NCBI RefSeq assembly: GCF_000150275.1
Contig: NW_002060943.1
Location: 6,378,299 to 6,442,298 of the forward strand
DNA from: Trichoplax adhaerens
Taxonomy: Eukaryota; Animalia; Placozoa
Length of the DNA stretch: 64,000 bases
Direction: 5' to 3'
The position numbers and the translations under genes are program-made. This document shows, one piece after another, positions 41,101-55,353 of this stretch (position 1 is its first letter; every line of letters begins with the position of its first letter). The notes below the pieces were generated by a model. It was not told where the DNA came from. It searched no databases and saw nothing but the letters and a program-made list of their open reading frames with translations.

Positions 41101-44100
41101 TTCATTAAAACACTAAACCAAAGTTTTAGTATTTAGGTCAAAGTACGTTAACATGAATTAAGTCAGTACTGGATAACAAAAAGTATCAGCCATATTTATT
41201 TTGATTCTAGTAAAGTAAATTTGACCTGTAGTCATACAGGCTACGCTATGCTTCGTCGTTAAACTTGTGCTCTTCTTCTTCTAATAATAGAAATAATAAT
41301 AATAATAACATCATTATTATTAGATAAAGATTGCTTGTGTTATTTTGATCCTATTTTAAAATATGCAAACTGAATCTGGAAATATCTTATCACTAATGCA
41401 GTAATACATTTGATAGGTGTTATTATTTACCACATGCTTTCCCTACCCTGCACCAACTGAAGAATCATACTGCAGGTCTATCATTGATTGTTATACTTGA
41501 AGACATAGTTGGAAACATGTTTTAGTGCTAACGCTCCAATCGTTGTCATGATCTATTCTGTTTATAAGACAGGTTATTAATTGTATTAGCTTTGAATATA
41601 GTCGTAGTAATTCATCGACAATCTTGCTAAGGTTGTAAATGATTGGAGAAGAGTTTTTCTGCTATCCACTATTCAATTTTCTCACATATAATGATATTCT
41701 TTATAGAAATAGTCGATTTATAAATTTTCAAAATCATCTATTTTAATAATTACGGCATAACTTTAAAATTAATTTGAAGAGCTTGAAAAAAGGATCACAA
41801 ATAGTCAGTCATCCATGCAAGAATTCATCTCTTGTTACGCGAGTACATCATTAGATATTAACATAATGTAGCTATTCACCTGTTTGAAAGTGTAATATAG
41901 ATTTTTATGTTAAAATTTTCTCAATGACAAATCAATTTTATAATCTCAATTTAACAATCATCTGTAACTTGAAGTGACCAAATCAAGGCATTGGGTTAAA
42001 TCATTTGAGTACATTTCATGCCATAAAAGTAGTTTCACTATAGCAAGAAAGGATAATCTTTCTAGATTACTAGGTGCTCTAAGTATTGTGTATTATTTCG
42101 TTTTATCTATAATAAAAACATGTCAAATTCTGCTATGCTCTTAGTTCCTATCAAGTATTATGGTTATCTTGATCATCCTTAGACTATTTTATTTTCTTTC
42201 TTAACTTGTCACTTAATCTTCTTTCTAACTTGCGTAATTAATATTACAGTACCAAAATATCTGTCATTTATACTACATTCATAATGTATTTCCAGTTCAG
42301 AAAGCTTCATAGGTATAGCAAACCTTCTTCATCCGAATGCTCTGGCCAATCTACTTATTGGTATTTTGAATGCTTCTTACATTTCTTATTCCTCAATCTA
42401 GAAAAATAATAAATTGATATTTATGCTCTCTCAAAGGTAAAATAAATCTAGCTGCAAGTCATCTTTTTCATATTCTATCTTTTGATTGCTGCTCATTGAA
42501 GTGAAAATGGGTAAATGAAAACCAACTCTTTATCTCTTAATTGCAAGCAGTTTATTAGACAGATACTTTGTCTGCTTTTAGTTTTATTTAATCTAAAATC
42601 GCACTGCCTTGCATGATACTATCAGTTCCTCTCGCTCTGTTTCTAAGCTCATTCTGTCAATTCTTTTAGATAAGAAATTTAATCATTCAACACCAGTTGT
42701 CCTTAAATGGTAAGAGAATTTGAAGTGCAATACCAGTATAACTAATTCGATGCCATTTAATGATGTAAAATTCACACATTGTGAATTGACTCTGTAAATT
42801 GATAGCTTCGCTGTGCATACTGAGAAGTAGTCAAAGTAAAAATGAATTTAAAACATTTATAGCTCTAATTTGAGACAAATCCTTCCTATGATGTATTAGT
42901 GCTATTATCTAACTATATGAATTTCTTAGGAAAAGTTATAATCGATGATTACGTAAAATCTTGATTAGATACTGAACACGCATGTATTAGTGCTGGTGTT
43001 ATAAATACCAATGACAGCAACACGATCCAATGATTTAGAATACATTATACTAAAGAATTTTTATAAGGTATTGGTGATCGTAATCTAGGAGAAAACTACT
43101 AGTCAAAGCATGCAGTGGTATAAGTTGTATCTAATACTTAGTCTAAAATAAGCATTCGCTATCTTACTCAGGAAGCCATTGAAGGATTCTGCAAGTTTGC
43201 CGTATAATGGTGTTAACTTGAATTTTCTTATCAATTTCCTTTCGTAAAGTCTGTAATTTTACTGTAACTACTATATAAAGTTTAGTCTTTTTAGTTTGAT
43301 AACAGGATGCATCTCTTGGTGCTTATGATTGCAGTATATTGGAGTCGATTTTACGAACAACTAAAATTTAACGTAATCTATATCTACAAAGCTCAATGGA
43401 GTTATAAATTCCCGTAAATTTCTTTGGATTGCATTAGATTGATTTGATTTCGCCAGTAATTCAAAGGTGTAGTTGCATCATCCTAAATTGAAAGTATGCT
43501 GAAAAACATATTTATTTCATTACCATAGTATTCGTACAGTTTTATTGAAAACTGATAATTTATAATGTCTTTCACTAACTTACATATTGGTAAAAGTGTA
43601 GCGATAAGAAATATTCGCTTGCACCACCTCCGATCGTGGGGGTAAATTTCAGACACATTCAAAGTATGACGAGGGACCACAATTTTTACTGTAGATCAAA
43701 AGGTTTAGTCCTTGTACCGTGCAAAGTAATGCAGAAATATGCTTATTTGATTTAGGCTCGAGATAAATTACGAAGAGGCAGAAGGCGTTTGTATACCACG
43801 TAGCTTTCTCTATAGCAATTATACCCAGTATTGTCAAGAAGCGAATATTCATGCCGTTAATGCTGCTAACTTTGGAAAGGTATTTTAATAATAACTACAA
43901 CAGTTTGAATTTATTGCTGTAAATTATCTATAGATCATCATAAACCAATGATAAATTCATATCAATTATCTACACGTTTTAGATGATGCTAAAATTGTGC
44001 CATCATCATCCCTAATTAATACTCGTCTAATGCAGACTCAAATTTGATAATTATATCTTTAGATATGTGTATACTATACGCACATTAACAACATTAAGTG

Positions 44101-47100
44101 CTAAGTAATGATCCTTTTTTATCGTGGAGTATTTCCTTTCCAATGTGATTTCGGTTTATTACTTTAGATATAGCGAATAAAAAATCTTAATTTTATGCCA
44201 TCAAGATGTCTGTATATCATGTATTATTATGACAGTAATAATTTTACTTTCTTTACGTTAGTATCCATCCTAATTTATTTCAATGATTTTGGCTTAAACT
44301 ATGTAGATTCTTCGCCAAGAATTTCCGAAAGTTTTGACAAGGAGATTGGGTCATCGCGGAAGATCAAAGTATGGTACTCATTTAGGATCGCATTAAAATT
44401 TTACTATTGATGTCAAAAAATACCCTTCTATACTTATGTATCACTAGCCGTATATTTTAAATTTTGAAAAATTCGTTTAAATCTTTGATTGTTTACAACA
44501 GATATGCGCAAAATGAGTTGGATATTTATATTTGGAAGATAATTAAGTAATTAATTAGAATTTCTTTAAATCTTTCTTTAGGTATCACTATTACGGAATT
44601 TGTATTAAGGAGACTTCGGAATTCTATAAAGAAATATACGGAAGAAAGATGCTTATTCGGTAAGATCAGTATTCATATTACTATTATATATCATTACCAC
44701 TACATTTCTAAATTAGGAAACAATGCTTAGTAACAGTCAAGTTAGATTCGAAAGTGTTGATGATATAATAGCATAATTTTTTTGCTGTAAACTCAAATTG
44801 AAGTAATACTTACTAGCAAGCTAAATTAGGGAGGCAAAATTGTCATATCCATGGTAATTATTATGGTTAAACTACAAAAATGGTGCGAAGATGTTACTCA
44901 TATTTTTTTCAGTGAAAAGAAGCATCACAATAATAAAACTTACATAATTATCTTATAGACCCTTTTTTTTTATTGTACAAGTATTATACACCTATCATTA
45001 CAATTCACGATTTGTTTCTAAATTACAATATCATTTCTTCCACACGGTGATTCTGCAATGAAACAGGGAAGAATTATCACGAAAGTCGGAGAAAAGGGTA
45101 CATAGAAAATCCTGAATAGCTTGTATCTTCACTTATTGAAAAGAGCAATCGATATTTATCAGTTATACGAATGTAAACAGTTGTGACGTAGTAAAACTAT
45201 TCTATTAAATTCCTATTAACATGAGCCAAGATTTATTCCTAAGATTTGTTACAGATCGGTATTAATAAATTGAGTTATAGCTTTAGGCGGAAATTTATTT
45301 AACAATCTTAATCAGATTATGCTGATGAAATAAGTGGTTCTATATTTGATATAATTTTAAAGGCTCAACAATTATAATAAGAGTGGTGCTAAAAGATACA
45401 GGAGTGTTCAAGTTTTAGTTAAAAATAATGATAACACTTTAAATAAGTTATAGAAACTTTGAGATATAGTTTTCTGATAGAAATATATATTTCTATCCTT
45501 TGAATTGCACCAGAAATAAATAAAATAGAATCTTTCCCGGTATATATCGCCTTAATGATTTTCTTGTCGAATTTTTTAGTTTGAAGGCGAGCATGGGATT
45601 TCACAAGTTCAAAATGCCTTAGATTTGCCTAATATTGATGACTGTTGTATTCCTTCTGACTTACCTCAAGACAAAGTTAGTTGCTTTGATTCTTTGATAG
45701 GAAATTTCTATGCGTTTAAGTACTTATTAAAACGCTTAAATAATGTATATATATTCTTTCGCTGGGTTTTATTACAGATTATCACCTTTACTTTAATGTA
45801 TTCGACTCACTGCCAGCGTATCTTAAGCACCTCGAGTACTCACAACTTTACTGAAGTATGTATCACGTAAGATATAATTATTAGTAAGAAAATATATTGC
45901 TAGAAGGTACTGCATAATTATTTTACAGCAGTAGTCTTCATAATGGTAATGCTTGTCCGCTGTTAGACGTATTATCTTTATTATTTATTATTATTTGTAT
46001 AATCGACCTAGTTAAAAATATTTTGATGTAATTTTTGTCTACAATTTTGTTTAGACATGTGATTTCTTAATTCATTTCTGGCAAATGCTACCACCTCATT
46101 TATATGATATCTTAAATACAGATATTGTAGTTAAGATTGTTGTCGTCTATGATTTATTGGTTTATAAGGTAAGTTAGAGGCGTAAGTCTAGATCCTGATT
46201 AAACTATTATATCTGATAATTATTTCTAAATGGAATTAAAAAAGAACTAATTGTGCTAGTCTGATTACAAGTATTAAGTAGCTCACTATAATAGGCCTTA
46301 GCTTAATTGCTAGTAAGGCTAGTATATAATTGATTTCGACAGATCTTTCAAAGTATTTAAATGCTGCATAATTAGTCAATTTTAAGCTGTAAACTTGGAT
46401 TCTTAAATTTTAACCGACATAACTATCAACGTTTAATTTTTAGGCCCTTTGCCAATTTTTAAAGCCCAATCCTCAAGAGTTACTACCTGCAAAGTAAATA
46501 TATCGGTCTAAGCGGAATCTTATTTGCTATTCACTGTCTCTAAACTTACAAACTGATAATTGATTTTTTTTATCTATTTTAAGCTATGATTGAAAGGAAG
46601 GCTATAAATTTGATCATACGTTTTTAAATCTTGAAACCTATCTAGGTTATCCGCAGGTGCTAGAACTTTTGGCAAGAATTTGCTATGTAAAATTAAAGAA
46701 GCGTTAAGTGATTCTATGCAACAGCTGAGGTCGGCAAAGCTTCGGGGTAGGTTCATATAGTTGACTCACAAATTCTTTCATTTTACCATAAATATGGGTA
46801 TAATAACTAATGGAGTAAATTTATAATTATACAAAAAATTTAATACCGTAAAATTCACTTAATTTGTTTCTTTTGCAACAGTGGCAGAATACTTTTGTTT
46901 AATGCTTATGCGCTTAACAACTATAAATCACATATTCCAGGTATGATTAATTTCGGTAGGCCTTTTCCAATAACGTATATTGATGAATATATGCTTCCTC
47001 AGTCAATTCTATAATTAGATATATATTTACTCCATCGTCTATCAGAATTGACATTAAATATGATGATAGATATCTGATTTTTAATATATTGAGTTCATAT

Positions 47101-49367
47101 CATGAATATAGAAATAGATAATGGTATTGTTATTAGTATCTTTATATCGAATTATCTCTTTATATACCTTATAGGAATCTCAATTAATACTTGGTAGTAG
47201 ACTGTACATGGAGAAGATGCTACGTGATTGGCAGAATATAGATGTGAAGGAAATTTGTAACCAAAGCCTACAGTTGATAAATATCACCCCCATGAAGCAT
47301 CGAATACTTGCCAAAAAGATTAGCAAGTGTAAGTTGTATTTCACGATAAAGATAAATGTGAAGCTTCCACTGGTCGCTAGTTATCATAAGTAAAAATATT
47401 TTTATGCTATTGATTTGTAATTGTAAAATATCGGTAAAAAATTTATGAACAATCTAATATTGATTTAATGGATTTGATAACGCAATGACCTTATAATGGC
47501 CTGTCTTACCAAAATAATTTATTATGAATCGGTAATTTTTTAGCTTGCAAAGAATTTGAAAAATTGCTTGAAAATAAGGGGAATCGTGCGACAATTATGA
47601 AATGGTTACATGTGATTGTGGATAGATTTATTCTTAAAGTTTGTAAAAGCCAGTTAATATTAGCAATTCATCTATATATAAATAGTGAGAATTAAAATTA
47701 TTAATATTACCTCGTACATTTTCGACTAGAAAAAAATGAAGAGGTACAATCGATTGCAAAGATGTAAACAACTTATGATGATTTGGAATTATTTTACATC
47801 AAGAGTTATTCGCGAGTTAACACTGCACGGAGCCGATAGCTTTGGTAAAGAAGGAGATGATGTTAATTCTACTTAAATTCACTAAGCCACTAATTCACTA
47901 TTTTGATGTACCAAATTGCCCTAGGTCATTTTCATTTAATTAACATGCTATGTAGCGAGTATTTAATGTATTTGTTGGAGGAAATCAGAAATGATGAAAG
48001 GCTAAAATTAAATTTAAATATGCTAAGGAAGGAACCAATTAAAGGTAAACATAAATAATAGGCATTAATGACGAGTCCAAGTTCAAAATTTTGTTCCCTA
48101 GCTTTAGTTTATATCTTTGATTGTTAATACTGTTCCTATAGGATAGATTCACTTAATCGATATCATAGCATATCAATATATTTGCATGCAATTATGATTC
48201 TGTGACTGGTTAATACAGCAGATAATTTCCTCATTTAATGAGAAAGTCAAATGTATAATGGATTGTTAATTTCATTTATACTTTATAACAGAGTATATTC
48301 ATGTACTTCATATCAATTTTAGCCATAAAGTTTAGCACTTATTTTTCGTATCTTTAAACCACTAAATGATGTTGTAAAATTGAACAACTAGATTTATGCT
48401 AATAAATTTGAATTCAAACTATTTATCTAATGAATGATCTGTTATTTGTGTTATGTTGAATTGGCTAACTATATTTTTCATCTTGTTACTTCTTCAACTG
48501 AAATTTTGTAAAATAAGAAATTCATTAGGCGAAATTTGCGTTTTTACTGCTTTTAGACTGAAGATTAAGTAAAAATCAGTATACCTTCGTAGCATATTTT
48601 AAATTATTCTAACTGTTATATAGATATCAGATTGATGATAGAACTCTTTAAAAGCAATCCACGGATCAAAAATTCAAGTTTAAATTCCACAAAGATTTCA
48701 ATGGACCAGTCAAAGCAGCAAATACTAGAAGATCAACCTACTTTTGATATTTTTGCAGATCCAACTGTCGACACCATTTCTCCTGATCGTAATACAATGA
48801 GGAAATCTGTGGATTGCTTATACTATGAAACATCAACTATTGAGTCTTTGAATGATTCTGGAGATTTGTAAGTGACAGTTTTGTGATCCTATAACTGGTT
48901 ATTACTTATTTATTAAGAACATAGAACCTAATTATTAAAATTATCATATCTTTGGGTATGGTGCGCGGTTTTTAAGTGCGGCTATATTAATTTTTGAAAG
49001 TGTATCTTTATCAATAAATATTTATGAATTTGCTAACGGCATTTTTAATTTGTTGCATAAATTTAGTATTACTATTCTTTTTTTAATTTGTTATTGATGG
49101 GCGCTATTTGATATAATTTAATATGATTAGGTATTTACTTATTAAATCTACGTCTAATTACTTGATAGTGATTGGAGTGAAGACTGCAGTATCTTTGAAT
49201 ACGACATCGATCTGCTACAGAATGATCTTTATCAACAAGATCAACAACTAATCTATGGAAATGGTAATGGAACTTCACAGAATATAAATTTATTTCATCC
49301 CAATCAGTATGCATATGGAATAAATGACGGTCAAATTAATACACCAAATCCATATATTGAGATATAA
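38170..49367 (+). CDS. RFX4: RFX winged-helix transcription factor, RFX4-like
   Basis: Exons: 38170-38196 and 40163-40298 (both tentative), 42670-42709, 43756-43879, 44307-44368, 44582-44659, unresolved link near 45050-45097, 45580-45675, 45778-45855, 46055-46168, 46444-46493, 46646-46746, 46882-46940, 47175-47328, 47544-47638, 47730-47844, 47925-48044, 48624-48867, 49169-49367. DNA-binding domain [50 protein letters not shown]; B/C/dimerisation motifs YSTHCQRIL, HFWQ, RVIRELTLHGADSFGHFHLI. The RFX4 assignment over RFX6 rests on recalled motifs. Confidence 0.85.
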
Positions 49368-50685
49368 TGGACGTTCCTATTTTTTACATCAATATTTTGC
49401 AGCAGTATATTAGTACAATTATCTATTTTGATGTCTCTCTTTAAAACATGGGCGAGAATTTAATCTGGAAAAATCTATCTAATAAATCTAATATGATACA
49501 GCATCTGATCTTAAAGCCTTATTGGGAGAAATTTTTACTAACGTATTTAAGAATTATTCATCTGTATAAAGCGACTAATCATAACATTTCAATGATTAAC
49601 ATTAATCGTACATATACCATACATACAGTGTGTTATTTGTTAGTATTCCAGTTGTAGCCTAATCGTTGGGCTTCTTAAGTGGCAAATTTAATTATTCTCT
49701 TAGCCACATATCTCTTAACGCAGAATTTTATTTTAAATTTTGAATGTCACTCATAACTGATCATTAACGTAAAGTTTGCATTTACTGATGTGAATTTAAT
49801 TCAAAGAACATGGTTAATGTGTTGCTTTCAATATCCTAGCGATTCGTTAAGCTAGATGGTAAAAGAACGATAAGTATACATTACCGGAAAGTAATCAATT
49901 ATCAGCATAAAATAAGTACGAACAATGTATAGTTTAATATGTTGCTTGCAGTACTCTAGCTATCATTTAAAGCTAGATAATTAAAAAGTTATGAGTTTTC
50001 TTTAAGGAATTTGTATATGGCCAATTTTACATGACGCGTGTATTTACTGCCATGAACCTTAATAATTTGATCTTTCTGATCCAAACATGCCTTAATTTTC
50101 TGTTAAACTATCAGATCTAAATGATTACGGCTATTGCATAATATAACCATTGCAGTAGATAAAACAAAAATAGAATTAATTTTTTAATATAATAAAACTT
50201 ATCTAATTTTAGCAATTTATATTCACAGTCTATAGCGGTAAAGCCTTTAACCTTATTTTCTACTTTCAGATGAAATTAATACAAATAAATTAATAGTCAG
50301 CCCAATATTCAACTTTTACTTTTATTTCAATAACTGTTTTGTTAATAACAAATTGTTTGTATGTTTAGAAATTATCTGCCACTAATAATTAAGTAAAATA
50401 ATAATGTATTTTTTCCTCTATTGTGGGATACATATGATAATGAAGACCATCACGCTATCGCAAATAAAGATAATACCGTAATATTAACTCCAAAGCCATC
50501 TGAGAATAATAACGAGATGATCCTGCATGCTTCTATAATTACAATGATTGAGTTTTGTTTCAGGTTCAGTTTAGATGTTATTTTATTACGTTTCAGAAAG
50601 GGATAGACTGAGTCTATTATGTTACATATATCAGATATAAAATGACAACATACTTATAAAGTTCTGTCTAAGATATATTAATCAA

Positions 50686-52509
50686 TTACATGCTTGTTTT
50701 AATACGGTTGTGAGGCTTTTTCTTTTGCAGGGATAATTCCCATTCTTTCTTAAAACGATTATACAATTGAATGCAGGCTCTTGCATCTTCAACTGATGAA
50801 TGCTGACCAATTTGGATATCTAAACCTAGAATTTCTTTTGCTAATTTTCGTAATGATGGTGTATGGCCCTTGTTTACCTGACGAAAAAAACTAAAGGTTG
50901 ACGTATCCCTGAGTCGCTTTTTTGGATGTCCTAACATTAATTGCTTTAGATCATTCTTGATAGCATGGCCAACCAAAGTACGTCCTTGAATAATTTCAAA
51001 GACTTCAGTTTGAACAGTAGCAAAATCAGGAGCATTGAGCAAGTTGTCAGCAATAATTCCGCTAACGGGTGTTCTATAATCGGTCACTTTCTCAATTGGC
51101 TTAACATACTTATCATAGATGGTTTCTCCATAACTATTAACAATTGAAACTCGCGCTAAAGCGCTTTCTTTTCCATCGTATCCAATTCCAACCATTTCAC
51201 AATCCAAGGCAATAACTGCTGTTGTTTTTTTACTGTACAATGATAATATCGAGACGTAAATAAACTTGCCTACCGAAACTATTTAAACTACTTTAATCCA
51301 TTACATTTAATGTCACAAGAGGTACCTTTCCTCCGCATTAACGGATTGTTCTGGCTGGGAAAGGACAGGAGTAACTGCCGATTGGCGTATTTGTTCACTT
51401 TTGGTCTGCATTTCAGCCATTTGGATGTCTTCATAATTGACATCGTCAAACCAGATCTGATTCTGGCTATTCTTGTTATCCTGTACACTATCATTTTTAT
51501 GTTGATTTCCATGTGTATTTTTCTTCCAATTACCGCCCGATTTCTTACGATAGAATTTCTTAGGTATCTTCTCATCCTTTTTAGTTAGCTCCTGGAATAT
51601 GAAAAAATATTCTTGAAAGATTTATTTCTTTATATTAGTAATCCAAGTGAACGCACTTGTCAATCTCAAGCTTGATAAGGAAAAACTTTTTGTCAGTATT
51701 GAATCTACTGTAAGCTAAATGTTTCAATCTACACCTTTAAATATATCATGCAGTTTAGAACTATCGAAGTTGTAATAATTTTGTATTACGCATTTCATAC
51801 CCATTCAATCATTGACATGATTGTCTACAATAGTTTATTGAATTAAGAGAACATTTCGTACAAAATAACCTTGCCGTCTAAGAAGTAGGGTGATGAAACA
51901 GAATTTTAATATGATCTACGTAGTCAACGATGTATTCTTATTCATTTTTATCGTTTAATTCATTACACTAAGCCATTAAAATAAAAAATCGATTGGACTA
52001 GTCTCCTACGTCCATCTCATCGTCATCTAACTGCAGTGTATTACCGATGGTGGTTAGATAATGCATTCATCCTATCGTCTACTAACTTACACAATATACT
52101 GTACGGGATGACAGTTTCTGAAAAATCGGCTAAACAGCCAGTAAAGCAGCCAGTAGTTGACTAGTAAAGACAATTTGATGTACAGTACTCGACGAAGAAG
52201 TTGTTGTTGATTGATTTTACTTTGCTATACGAAACAAACAACATACAGTAGTACAGTGCGTGTTCTATAGCTACAACAGCCTGCGTACAGAAATGGTACT
52301 GCCTATTTTTACCAGCAATAGCGAATCTGCCTTGCACTGTACTTTGCTACTACCTTTTGTAATAGTTTCCAGTTATCCATTCCAGATTGTTTGTTCCTCT
52401 GCATGACTAACTGGATGCATTCTTGAGAAATTTTCTCTTTGGATGCCTCACTCTTCTTACTGTGAGTCCTTTTGCGACGATCTGGATTACGATGCTTGGA
52501 TTTAGCCAT
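50686..52509 (-). CDS. REXO4: RNA exonuclease 4 (DEDDh), 322 aa
   Basis: Exons 52509-52354, 51591-51326 and 51232-50686, phases consistent. Motifs NWKLL, IWFDDV, ALDCEMVG, LVGHAIKND, HSSVEDA. Confidence 0.92.
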
Positions 52510-52779
52510 TGCAATTTCTCAATGTCGACGAATGAAACTACTGTACTGTATATCCCAAAATAAGTCCACCAAAAAGTATCCACTCGATTATTTACAGCTA
52601 GCTAGGATGATCATCTGGATCAAGAATAGAGATAGAAACTACGTTAGTCAACCATGGCAAAATGCAGAACTGAGCATCAATATACTATGCAAGTTCTGCA
52701 ATGCAAAGTTGCAGAATTGCAGCAAAAGTTGCAAAGGTATCGAATGGCCCAACAGCAAGGGCCAATTGGCCATGCGCGT

Positions 52780-53075
52780 ATGCAGTACAGTACGCTACAG
52801 TGCACAGTGTACAGTACGACCCTACCTATCGAGTGCTAGTCTTATGTAGCGTTCGTGGATAACGTTCATAACAACTGTAGTGATATGATGAGAGAGTGCA
52901 GTACTACACGTTAAGTCTACAGTCTACAGTATTATAATTCATACTGTACAGTACGGTACAGTACGGAACGGTATAGTACGAAACGGTGCAGTACCATAAA
53001 TCATCGTTCTTCGCATGAACAGTTACAGTACACTACACTACAGTACAGTACTGTACACTCTAGTTATTGTACTGT
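52780..53075. promoter_or_regulatory. REXO4/kish bidirectional promoter with TACAG/TACGG/TACAC pentamer cluster
   Basis: Lies between divergent ATGs at 52509 (-) and 53160 (+). Examples: tactgtacagtacggtacagtacgg, tacagtacactacactacagtacagtactgtacac. Confidence 0.55.
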
Positions 53076-53159
53076 GGACAGGATGAGTACTTAACGTACT
53101 GCATTGCAGACTTTCGCTTCAAGAATCGACAAAGTCTTGGTGCCTCTTCCTGGCGAAAG

Positions 53160-54726
53160 ATGGTAATTGACTTTTTGGTTGCTTAATTCTCATTCTCCAA
53201 TAAACTTGAAAGTGTAAATTGGGAATCATAGTATGATTAATTGATAGACGTACATGTATAGCGTTGAGTAGTAACTAATACGGATGGAAGATACATTATG
53301 ATAAGATCAAGTGTAAAGTTTGTACGCTCATCCTCTTTCCTCCTTTACCACGAATACACTAACTTATTTTGCTATATGAATTTTCTTATTCTCAAATATG
53401 TCCTTCAAAACTTCCTATTATGGCTTGGTCCAATCGGTAGTCTGCATTGTTTAATTTTCAAAGCTTACTAGTGGTGGTATTACTACTTATCTGCACGTGC
53501 GCCTACGTTCGCCTTCTGTGGCCACGATTACTACAAAGAGAACATACTGGGTAAATAACTATTCACTTAAAATGATAGTTCGTAAATGCTGTACGTAGAT
53601 GCTTGAATCAGGTTGATCTTATAGTTCTGATGTAGGAAAGGAGACAATATTTCGTACTAGTATTGTAGCTATCGATAGACAGTTTATTTTTGCCATGATA
53701 AATTATAACATCCAGTCCGAATGGATATATAGAGTGTATTTAGGCTTACATACATACTCCGATCGTATGAATAGTCGTTTTACGCATATTTTCTCATGAA
53801 CGAGCAAAACCCTAACATGATAGGAATGTACTGGACGTAGAGCGTAAAAGAGTTTAATTTACCTTCAATGCCTTTACTTGTAGTTAATATTACATCCTTA
53901 GCTTTTACCTTCTGCATTATACAAAAAATCAATCAAGTTATGTTGTAAGTGTATTATGTAGCTTATCAAAAATATAAATCATTACCACCGTTGATTTAGT
54001 ACGTATTACATAAATTTAAAATGAATCTTTCTACTGTTCTCTTGCCAGTTCATAAGTTAATCTCTTGATAACGGTACATTACCATGCAAGCTGCCAATTG
54101 TATCTAAATCAGACATTCTTACTTTTTGTATGGCTGTCATTTGTTATTTTAGGTACCGAAATTTCTTTTGGAAAGCGGGGAGAATAGGTACATTGAATAC
54201 TAACAACGAATGATAATGAAGTAGATATTCTTATGGGAATAAAGTTTCTGTGAATAACTATAGTGACTGATGCTCGTATGTCAGGGATTAATATAAAAAT
54301 CGAATAGATAATCGACTTCCATTCTTGCTGCAATGTTATAACTATGTGTAACTTGATAATCAATATTTGCCTATACTGTACGAAAAATCGTTTGATAATG
54401 GACGAATCATTCAGCATGGATAGAATTCTTTATAATTAATTATTGAAATCAGCATTGATCAGTAATTACGAAGTATACAGCGTGCATACATTGTAAAATC
54501 GCACTGTTTATGTAGATTTCCATTTGATGAAGTTATTGCTATACGAACGTCAGTGTACTTGTATGATGATATGTAGCTGTAGTTTGTTAGGCATTTTGTA
54601 CAACGATATGTTGTAGTTTAAATGAAGAGACTTTTAGAATGTTACTTTCTAATTGCAGGCGAGAGAAAAAGCCCTTATGTAGCTGTATTCTGTGTAGCAA
54701 TGGCTGTTTCGATTCTCGTCCTATAG
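53160..54726 (+). CDS. TMEM167A: Protein kish (TMEM167A-like), 71 aa; not in the ORF track
   Basis: Exons 53160-53162 (ATG only), 53441-53550, 54153-54187 and 54659-54726 give [71 protein letters not shown], matching the kish signature. Confidence 0.92.
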
Positions 54727-55353
54727 GTGGAATGACAAGGTTGATCATACGCAACTCGAGGGAATTAATGCTTGGACTCCGATAATGGGTTATAAATTTT
54801 GTAAACAGATCTTGTCCAAGAACGATTATAATCAACAATTTCACTGTTGCTTTTCGCATTATTAACAAATTCTGGCGCTAGCATTCAGATAGAATTATTT
54901 AAAATTTGTCAATTTAAAGGTATATAATTCTCGATCAATATTAATTCTAGCCACACCTTCATGCTATAAATATCGCATGATTTTTGTATCTGTCAATTCT
55001 GATGTTAATTGCAATGTCAAGTGTATATAATAAAGGAAAGATAGTTGGACTAGCCCTAAATCATCTCAAATCGTAGTTCACCGGAATTTGGATTGCAAGG
55101 AATTAGCTTGGACTTATAATATCGTACGCTGAAAACAGAAAATTAAAGTTTATTTACCGTAATGTTTAAATGAAATTACACGGCTCACAACGATATACCA
55201 GCAGTTGATAATTAATCGCAACCAGAACAATGCATCACTCATTTGGTATAAACTACATAAAAAAGTGAATTATACCTCTCTCTCAATATATAATTTATTA
55301 GCCCTTAACTATTAGCATAATTTTAATAAAAAGTAAAAAATTTATATACTGTA

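Noticed and set aside
51288-51588. ORFs 51288..51575 (-) and 51310..51588 (+)
   Set aside because: Wrong-frame and antisense readings of REXO4 exon 2.
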